DNA from: a virus
Direction: 5' to 3' (one strand)
IMG/VR virus record: IMGVR_UViG_3300028127_000003
DNA length: 64,000 nt
The notes below the pieces were generated by a model that was not told the origin of the DNA, made no database searches, and saw only the letters and a program-made list of their open reading frames with translations. This document shows, one piece after another, positions 57,050-64,000 of the stretch. How positions within the stretch are numbered: position 1 is the stretch's first letter; each line of letters starts with the position of its first letter. Both the position numbers and the translations under genes were made by a program.

Positions 57050-58378
57050 TTATAGTTTAAGGAATACTTTTCTAGTGTCTTCTTCAACTCTGATCACTTG
57101 AACAGTAATATCTGCACCTTTTGATATGTCTTTAATATCTATGTTTTCAGGGAATTCAGATACATGTAAGAGTCCTACTACACCTTCTTCTATTTCTACA
57201 AATAAACCATAGTCTTTAGTAGATTTTACCTTTCCTACCACTTCAGTTTTCTTAGTATATCTTGAAGAAATACCTTCCCATGGATCTACTTTCTTTTCAG
57301 CAGGAGAACCTTGAACAAGTGTAATTTTTCTTTCATTAATAACTTCTTTAACATAGAATTTAATCTCTGTTCCTGGCTCTAAAGATCTATCTCTATGTGC
57401 CTTTGAAGTTTCAGTATCTAAGTCGTTAACGTGAATCATACCAGTTAAACATCCTTCAAACTCAACGAATACGCCGTATTTTGCAGAACCAGTAACGTGA
57501 CCTGTTCTTTCAACTGTAATATCTTCTTGTATTGTTTTGAGTGTATTAGGAATAAGAGCTCTTAAATATGCTCTATGTGAAACTACCACAGTTCCTTTTT
57601 CTTCCGAATAACTTACAGGTACTACATACATTTCCGTGTCGATGATTGATTCAAAGTCATGCAATTTATTTACACCAGCTAAAGAACCTGGCATAAAGCA
57701 ATCAATTCCTTGAACTTGAACAATATATCCTCCACCTGGAATCATTTTAGAAACAATACCACTATATGCTGTATTTCCATCGTCAATAGATGCTACGATT
57801 TCTTTAATAACTTTAGTCTTAAGACCTTCAGTCACAGAACCTATCATATATTTCTTGACATTCATTGAAGTATCGGCGATCAATTGAACATCGACTTCAA
57901 CTCCTTGTTTTAGAAGTTCTCTTACTTCTGTAGTTTCTCTTGATAAATCTACATAGATTAATTCTCTATATCCTACATCAATTGATGCCCATTCGGAATC
58001 AACTGCATACACCTTTCCAGTATAGCTAGCTCCTAATTGTAAAGAATATAAAGTATTTGAAGTTAGTGAATGACCTTCCATTAGGTCAAATAGTTCTTGG
58101 GCGTATGATTCTCTGCTATATACCTTTACACCTTTAGGTGTTTTAATATGTGGATTGGGTTTCCTAAGCTTAGTTACACATGTTGCCTCATATTGGTCCC
58201 ACATGAATTCTCCGTTTTCATCCATATAATTTGTATCTGGACCGGGAGTTGGTTTTTCCGGGGTTGCGGCGTTTAATGAAGTTTCTACTTTAACTTCTGT
58301 TTCTTGGTTAGCTTCTGTAAGCTGTGTAGTTGTCGAGAGTCTTGGTCTCTTTTGTTTTTGAGTTGTCTTTGTTGACAT
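57050..58378 (-). CDS. rpsA: Ribosomal protein bS1 homologue (four S1 domains)
   Basis: D1 GKV..V..EWASIDVG; D2 GGGY.V...GIDCFMPGS; D3 G.V.G..KYGVFVEF..LTGMIHV.DL; D4 GKV....DYGLFVEI.EGV.GLLHVSE. Confidence 0.8.
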   Translation of the reverse strand: MSTKTTQKQKRPRLSTTTQLTEANQETEVKVETSLNAATPEKPTPGPDTNYMDENGEFMWDQYEATCVTKLRKPNPHIKTPKGVKVYSRESYAQELFDLMEGHSLTSNTLYSLQLGASYTGKVYAVDSEWASIDVGYRELIYVDLSRETTEVRELLKQGVEVDVQLIADTSMNVKKYMIGSVTEGLKTKVIKEIVASIDDGNTAYSGIVSKMIPGGGYIVQVQGIDCFMPGSLAGVNKLHDFESIIDTEMYVVPVSYSEEKGTVVVSHRAYLRALIPNTLKTIQEDITVERTGHVTGSAKYGVFVEFEGCLTGMIHVNDLDTETSKAHRDRSLEPGTEIKFYVKEVINERKITLVQGSPAEKKVDPWEGISSRYTKKTEVVGKVKSTKDYGLFVEIEEGVVGLLHVSEFPENIDIKDISKGADITVQVIRVEEDTRKVFLKL

Positions 58379-58419
58379 TTACTTTGTTTTTTAAAAGGGT
58401 TAATGTATGTTTTACTAGT

Positions 58420-58427
58420 TATATATC
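58420..58427 (-). promoter_or_regulatory. GATATATA motif
   Basis: Overlaps the upstream TGA stop; 42 nt upstream of the S1 ATG. Confidence 0.6.
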
Positions 58428-60144
58428 AAATTACGGTGGCGTCAAATCCTATCATTGGAACGTAAGGAACAGTAGGAACTGGTATACCACCCATATAAAT
58501 AAATTTCATTTCACTAAGATGCGTAAAATAAGAATATGCAAGTGCTTTAGCCACTGCATTGGCTGCACCTTCCCTATCTAATCCATAATCTTTACCTGAA
58601 TTAAGAGCTCTTCTTAAATTATCTGCTAATTTCCTTTGATTTCCGTAACTAACTCCTATGTATTTTCCGCCTAAAGGAGGAACAGATAAACATGGTGGTG
58701 TCGGGGGATCAGTTGCAAATGGCTGTATTGTTGCATCTTTCCAATATTTAAGAGTTGCCTTTGCAAGTTCTTTATATGGATCATCTTTACTTCCACCTTC
58801 TGCTAACATTGCAGCTTCAATTCCCATTTCTACTATTAAAGTATTTCTAATTTGCTTAGCTAAAGTTCCCGTTTTAGACATATCTATATTCACAATAGAA
58901 TCCTGTGTTTCGTCGTTTTCAGTAAGAGGACATCCTTGCCATTTTTTTCTTAATTCATCTTCTAGAAAAACGGGTTTAACTTTATTTTTTTTAAAACCAT
59001 AGTCTTGTTTACCGTTCCATGTAAATTCTGTAATAACATACTGAGTTAATGCAGGTGGCATTTTATTATTTTCATCAAAAGGCTCCTGTATTTTTAAATT
59101 AGTTAATTTAAATGGATATCTTACTTTTAATTTTTCGGCAGGTTCCATTTCTTCATATCCTACGGGTAATGTAGTATCAAAGGGCCATGGATATTTAATA
59201 GCTTGTATAGAATCTTTCTTTAATGCGGTTTCCTCACTGTATAAAAACTTTCCATCGCTATCTACAGTTGGATGGCACTTCTTTATTTCATCAATTACAT
59301 ATTTAGAAACTAGTAGATGAAATTCACCATCATAATTTCTATTATTATTATTTATTGAAACACCCGAGGAAGATTTAAATGATTGCCAACCCCAGTCTAA
59401 TCCCTTTAGTGTAGATATGGCTGCCTTCCTGTTATTGTTCATCTGCTGAATGTCTTGATTACTAAATCCTGAACCGCCAACCCCAGCTGTGGAATTGCTT
59501 CTAATTTCATTAGTTCCCATCCAAGTCGCCCAGTGCCAAAAATCCCATCTTTTATCTCCGTCAGAAATATCCTCAAATTGCATTAATAATCTTGTTGCAA
59601 ATATTCTAGCTAATTCATCGCCGGTTTCTTTACCATCTAAGCGATGAAACTCGAAGAATTTAAATCTATATAGGTTTTCTGCTTCGTCATCCTTAAACTC
59701 TTCCAGATACTTGTCAAGCTCTTCAGTTGGCTCGTATTGTATACCTCCTGAAATTTCACCTTCTAGTTTATTATATTCAGGATCATTGTCTTTTCCTGCA
59801 ATACTTAACCTGGAAGCTGCGCCAGCTGCACTCGCCAACCATGTTGCAATTCCTATTTTCTTTTCTTCGGTGTCTGGTGTTTCCATGACAGGTTCTCCTT
59901 TTTCAAAAAGGTCAGTGAACCAATGTTCATAGCTTGCTATGAATGCACTCTCCCCGGGTGATGATTCATGAGGTGCCATTCCTGGAATACACGTTGCATT
60001 AGGACCAGAACCTTTTTTAACATCAATCGTATATTGTGTGGCTAATAATTTACCGAATTCTGCGGCACTAGTCGGTGGGGCAGTAGGTGCGCTTAAAAGA
60101 AATCCTTCTACTTCACTAATAAAATTAGTCCAATCTGCAGCCAT
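58426..60144 (-). CDS. gp5-adjacent baseplate/spike-associated protein (572 aa)
   Basis: Immediately downstream of gp5; Pro/Gly-rich termini with a longer central region. Confidence 0.4.
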   Translation of the reverse strand: MAADWTNFISEVEGFLLSAPTAPPTSAAEFGKLLATQYTIDVKKGSGPNATCIPGMAPHESSPGESAFIASYEHWFTDLFEKGEPVMETPDTEEKKIGIATWLASAAGAASRLSIAGKDNDPEYNKLEGEISGGIQYEPTEELDKYLEEFKDDEAENLYRFKFFEFHRLDGKETGDELARIFATRLLMQFEDISDGDKRWDFWHWATWMGTNEIRSNSTAGVGGSGFSNQDIQQMNNNRKAAISTLKGLDWGWQSFKSSSGVSINNNNRNYDGEFHLLVSKYVIDEIKKCHPTVDSDGKFLYSEETALKKDSIQAIKYPWPFDTTLPVGYEEMEPAEKLKVRYPFKLTNLKIQEPFDENNKMPPALTQYVITEFTWNGKQDYGFKKNKVKPVFLEDELRKKWQGCPLTENDETQDSIVNIDMSKTGTLAKQIRNTLIVEMGIEAAMLAEGGSKDDPYKELAKATLKYWKDATIQPFATDPPTPPCLSVPPLGGKYIGVSYGNQRKLADNLRRALNSGKDYGLDREGAANAVAKALAYSYFTHLSEMKFIYMGGIPVPTVPYVPMIGFDATVI

Positions 60145-60146
60145 TC

Positions 60147-60872
60147 TTATTTATTTTCTTGTTGATAATCAGGGTGTTTACTTTTCAAAGATGCAACACC
60201 CGATGGGGTAGGAGGTAATGAAACCGCAGTTCCTGATGGACCAACTCCGGTTGGATGTATATGGTTTTCAAAAAGAGTTAAATACTCGTCTAACCATGCT
60301 TCTAGTGATTTACCCCTTACAGCGGGTTCTGAAGTATCTTCTCCACTTTCACCTGTATTACTTAAATATACGTCTCCTGAATCTATGAATATTCTATCGT
60401 CCGTAGAAATTTTAATATCACCTACTTCGTCGATTTGAATTATAGGTCTTTCTTTTGCGCCAAATCCTCTGGTAATTACAAGACCATCTTCTTCTGAGTG
60501 ATAAATTCTTACGTTTCTTTCAGCATCATACACTAAACTGATTACATTTTCAGCATTGCCTGCACCATCTAAAATATCTTCTTTAAGAAAAAGATTCTGC
60601 TCTATTTGAAACCAATATTCAGGATGATATAAATTTCCATTATCAAATCTAGCTGAAACTATATCCCCTATTCTTGGAACATGATGTGAACCTACTGCAT
60701 TTCTATTCATAGGAGTTGCCCATGGAATAGCATCATCCGGTAAATTATCATATTTACCCAGGACCTTAACCTTACATCTACCTAGTTTAAGAGGATCGAC
60801 ATTATCGATAACTTCTCCTAACCAATGAGTGTCTCTAAGATTATCAGTATTTAATTCTTTTTCTGTTGACAT
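60147..60872 (-). CDS. Baseplate central spike, gp5/Vgr OB-fold (no lysozyme domain)
   Basis: WLGEV.DN.DPLKLGRCKVKV.G......PWATP, VPRIGD.V, and C-terminal HIHPTG metal-binding tip motif. Confidence 0.85.
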   Translation of the reverse strand: MSTEKELNTDNLRDTHWLGEVIDNVDPLKLGRCKVKVLGKYDNLPDDAIPWATPMNRNAVGSHHVPRIGDIVSARFDNGNLYHPEYWFQIEQNLFLKEDILDGAGNAENVISLVYDAERNVRIYHSEEDGLVITRGFGAKERPIIQIDEVGDIKISTDDRIFIDSGDVYLSNTGESGEDTSEPAVRGKSLEAWLDEYLTLFENHIHPTGVGPSGTAVSLPPTPSGVASLKSKHPDYQQENK

Positions 60873-60875
60873 ATA

Positions 60876-62132
60876 TTAATCGTTTATATTACCAAGGGAT
60901 TGGGCTGCTGCATCGTTTAGTGCAGCTCCTACTGTCGCACTAGTATCTACATTAAATACATTCTCTGCGATGTTAGAACCAATATTATCTACTCCATCAG
61001 AAACACCTCGTAAGGCGTCTTGATATATGTTTTCAAAATTAGGAACTCTACCTCTAATACCGTCCCTTGCACCTTGAACTAATTCATCTTTCTTTTCTCT
61101 TGCTAATCTGTTCAGGTCGTTTAAACCTCTTTCTCCTATTTCTTTAAGTTTAGCTAGCGCCTTATCTTTTAAAAGACCTAATATCCCATCAGCTTCATAA
61201 TTTTCAGAATCATGTGCTGGGGATAATGCGTTAGGTATAGTATCAGAAACAATTCCATTTAATACTCTTGCATCCATACTATCTACAACTTCATATTGCA
61301 TTTCAATAGTTTGTCTAGCCTGTTCGCCTGGATTTTTAGTAAGATCTCCAAATATTTCAGAACCTGTGTTTAAGGCAAATTCACATTCACCGAATCTAAA
61401 CATAAAGAAGGGTCTATTGTCAGATCCTGATATACCTTTGTTTGAATTATCAACTCCTAGGCTTGGTTTCATATTTCCAGGAAAACCCTTAATAGCAGCC
61501 AAGTCTATCTTTTTAGGAACCCCTGATAATGTAATTTTAGACATGTTTTGGATCTTTCTAACCTCAGTAACATATACTATCATTGAAAACTTTCTTAAAT
61601 TTTCAGGTAAAATCCAATTCCATTTAACTTCGTCAAACACTGCTTTTCTATAAAGGTGCATAAGACCAGAAACTCTAAGGTTAATAGATTCTAAACAGCT
61701 TAGTGTTAACTTAGCATCATCGCCTCCGTAATATGGAGTAGTAGGATTAAAATTTGTAATTGCTCTATCAACACCCTGTAATCCTTGGAAAAACCACGGT
61801 GTATTTCTATTTATGTCTAGTAATGCCTTTTTAAATTTAACTAGAGCATCTAATCTTTCTTCATAGAATTTAGTTGATCCCGCAGAAGCACTTGAACTAA
61901 GTGCAGATAATCTATTAGTGTCTTTGCTACTTTTTTTAGCTGACTCCGGCGGCTTTTTTGTAGCTCCTAATTGATTAACGTAGAATTCTTCGGCCGCTCC
62001 AGATAATAGAGGCGAATTAGTATGATCGCTTACGTTAAATAATATAACAAACGATAAAAAAGTCGGATCCTGATATGGCGACTGTGCTAATTTACCTTTT
62101 TGAAAATCTAATTTACTTTTAAAATCTGACAT
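60876..62132 (-). CDS. Baseplate/tail-tube-initiator-like protein
   Basis: Between hub and gp5; tube-fold-like segment (F.M..YV.E.R..., MFRFGECEF). Confidence 0.4.
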   Translation of the reverse strand: MSDFKSKLDFQKGKLAQSPYQDPTFLSFVILFNVSDHTNSPLLSGAAEEFYVNQLGATKKPPESAKKSSKDTNRLSALSSSASAGSTKFYEERLDALVKFKKALLDINRNTPWFFQGLQGVDRAITNFNPTTPYYGGDDAKLTLSCLESINLRVSGLMHLYRKAVFDEVKWNWILPENLRKFSMIVYVTEVRKIQNMSKITLSGVPKKIDLAAIKGFPGNMKPSLGVDNSNKGISGSDNRPFFMFRFGECEFALNTGSEIFGDLTKNPGEQARQTIEMQYEVVDSMDARVLNGIVSDTIPNALSPAHDSENYEADGILGLLKDKALAKLKEIGERGLNDLNRLAREKKDELVQGARDGIRGRVPNFENIYQDALRGVSDGVDNIGSNIAENVFNVDTSATVGAALNDAAAQSLGNIND

Positions 62133-62163
62133 ATAGTATATATTATTATTTGATAGGGTTTAA

Positions 62164-63642
62164 TTATCCTTTAACGTTATTTAATCTACTCGGCCATTCT
62201 CTTCTTAATAGAGTAAGTTTTTGAATAATTCCAGTAGACTCCTTATATATGTATTTAATTCCACCTATTACATAATAACCTGTTAAAAATTCATCTTTAA
62301 CCTGATCTGCGTTTAAATCATTTACGCTTTCAACTTCTTCTTCATTTTCTGTTTCAAATCCCTTTTCATCTTTATCGCCACCTATACCCTGCTGTGCAGT
62401 CATTTGTGTAAACCCACTTTTTAATATTTGAATAGGTATTTTTTGCCACAAATGAATTCCAGGATTAAATGTCTTTAAGGTTATTTCTAACTGCATTTTA
62501 TTCATTTCATCTAAATTCTGTTGATTGCTTAATGCGGCAAATGAATAGTTAAGATGTACATTTGGCATATCATCTGATTGAATAGGGAGCCTTCCCATGT
62601 ATTTTGATTTTACCTCTTTAGTATATCTGTCTTCATCTCTTCTTCCCTTTAGCGGCTCCTCAATGTCCTTCATACTATCACTAGCGAGTGGTTCTATTTC
62701 ATGAGCAACAACACCAACAGAGTCGTTCTCAAAATATATCATTTTTCTTTTATAGCCGTTCTTTTTAGAAAGTCCGCCTGAATTGTTAACTAAGTTATAG
62801 CTTTGTATGAATGAATTAGTAGAATTCATAGACGAAGCGTTAGTTAGCATGTTAGGTATTCCTATTGCGTTTGAAGTCTGTTCTTCTCCATCTTCATCGA
62901 AATCTATTTCAAAGTTAATAAGTGTTTCATCCATTCCATCTTCTGAATTTAAAAGAGCATTAATATCTACGAAACATATATTATAATAAGGATCGATACA
63001 ATATGTCTGAAAACTATCTTCACCGACATATGAATGTTCCACTAAATTATTTAAAAATTCTATATTAGGTTGACATGCATTAAGTGCTTTCATTGCGTCA
63101 TCCGATGAATCAATGTTAGTTGCTAATCCTAGTTTTAAATTATTAGCAAATTCTTCTATCTGTTCTCTAGATGTTCCTTCATACGAAGCACATCCTTCTG
63201 AATATAATGTAGGTACTTTCATCGTACCCTGTATAGAAAATTTAGTGCCACTAGTGGCTTTTTTCAAATCGCCAGTAGCAGGGCCTCCTATTTCATCTAT
63301 ATCAAAATCTATTCTAATATCTTTAAAAGTGTCTTGTTGTCTTGCTGCAATTCTAACTGAAACGACATCACCATCTCTTGGAATTTGATCCGCATCAAAG
63401 GTTCCTCTAGTGTCTATTATAGTTAGGGCTAATTTAGGAATTTTAGTACTACAATCAATTTCAAATCTCTTAACATCTTGTCCCGTAAATGAAGCTCCAT
63501 TAATAACTACCATTGGAATAGGACCTCCTATTTCATGGCTCATTTTCTGTCCACCCTCATCTTCACCATGTGCATCAAACTTTATTGTGTCTAATTCCAA
63601 TGAGTGTTCTATTACATTTAGAATGTGATTATCTATCGGCAT
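62164..63642 (-). CDS. Baseplate hub protein (gp27-like)
   Basis: Position next to gp5; C-terminal GYYVIGGIKY...Q.LTLLRRE typical of hub proteins. Confidence 0.6.
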   Translation of the reverse strand: MPIDNHILNVIEHSLELDTIKFDAHGEDEGGQKMSHEIGGPIPMVVINGASFTGQDVKRFEIDCSTKIPKLALTIIDTRGTFDADQIPRDGDVVSVRIAARQQDTFKDIRIDFDIDEIGGPATGDLKKATSGTKFSIQGTMKVPTLYSEGCASYEGTSREQIEEFANNLKLGLATNIDSSDDAMKALNACQPNIEFLNNLVEHSYVGEDSFQTYCIDPYYNICFVDINALLNSEDGMDETLINFEIDFDEDGEEQTSNAIGIPNMLTNASSMNSTNSFIQSYNLVNNSGGLSKKNGYKRKMIYFENDSVGVVAHEIEPLASDSMKDIEEPLKGRRDEDRYTKEVKSKYMGRLPIQSDDMPNVHLNYSFAALSNQQNLDEMNKMQLEITLKTFNPGIHLWQKIPIQILKSGFTQMTAQQGIGGDKDEKGFETENEEEVESVNDLNADQVKDEFLTGYYVIGGIKYIYKESTGIIQKLTLLRREWPSRLNNVKG

Positions 63643-63653
63643 TTATTTTAGTT

Positions 63654-64000
63654 TTAATATGTGGGTTTGTTAATGATCTTCTTTTTAACGAGGATATCTA
63701 CAAAATCTCTAAAGTCCATTCCTACCTTAGCTCCTTTAACGTCTTTATCACCTTCAACGAATACGCCACCATCAAAATAGTAACTCTTTCCATTATCGGC
63801 TGCTACTTTAATTAAAGTACCTAACATAACCTTTCCAGGAACTCTTACCTTAGAACCATGTAAAGCTTTTACGGAATCTTTGTTCCATTTGCTTAAATAC
63901 ATTTCTTCTCCAGTTGTACTTCCACCAGCTACCATTCCACCGGCTGCCGTTAATGCTTCACCTTCGGGTGTGTCTCTTTCAGCATAAAGAACTGCGATGA
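63654..64000 (-). CDS. 3' part of a structural-block gene (frame open to the window edge)
   Basis: The frame of track ORF 63654-63935 has no stop up to 64000 (..IAVLYAERDTPEGEALTAAGGMVAGG..), so the true start is outside the window. Confidence 0.6.
   Translation of the reverse strand, partial: IAVLYAERDTPEGEALTAAGGMVAGGSTTGEEMYLSKWNKDSVKALHGSKVRVPGKVMLGTLIKVAADNGKSYYFDGGVFVEGDKDVKGAKVGMDFRDFVDILVKKKIINKPTY

Noticed and set aside
62135-62163. TTAAAC-N17-TATACT as a sixth class-2 promoter
   Set aside because: The -10 ends 3 nt from the ATG, so the start site would fall inside the gene; probably chance or overlap with the AATATATA motif.
2314-63815. All plus-strand ORFs in the track (60-200 aa) and the short nested minus-strand ORFs
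   Set aside because: They lie fully opposite or inside long, motif-bearing minus-strand genes, have Ser/Leu/Phe-rich shadow composition and lack start contexts.
1-64000. tRNA, rRNA, CRISPR array, transposase, integrase or group I intron
   Set aside because: Intergenic gaps are all under about 135 nt and accounted for. No cloverleaf, spaced-repeat array or interrupted conserved gene was seen by eye; tRNAscan and CRISPR finders were not run.

Overview
A 64 kb, AT-rich segment of a large T4-like (myovirus/jumbo-type) phage genome. Essentially all real genes are on the minus strand, and translation starts are A-rich without Shine-Dalgarno motifs, which suggests a Bacteroidota/Flavobacteriia host (inference). 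In window order: (1) 1-8.7 kb, nucleotide and DNA-modification genes: nrdA (partial), nrdB, the N-terminal half of a split family-B DNA polymerase, a T4 gp56-like dCTPase, a T4 alpha-glucosyltransferase homologue, DUF6378-like, a PD-(D/E)XK-like protein, RmlB, a cytidylyltransferase and methylglyoxal synthase. (2) 8.7-22 kb, an island of likely head-packaged proteins with T4-like capsid-targeting N-termini and repeated E-S-x-[VIL]-x-E linkers, including an apparent ~12-module polyprotein and two tandem ligase-fold nucleotidyltransferases. (3) 22-27.4 kb, replication/recombination genes: UvsW, UvsY, primase, gp32, RuvC-like. (4) 27.4-64 kb, tail, baseplate and neck genes: two collagen-containing fibres (one ending in a Hint domain), gp6, gp25, gp13, gp5 and gp27-like, interrupted by an amidoligase-like gene and a four-domain ribosomal protein S1 homologue. 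Three recurring promoter-like motifs and a structured gp32 leader are visible in the short intergenic gaps. No tRNA, rRNA, CRISPR array or transposon was recognised. All family assignments come from motif recognition by eye, not database searches.
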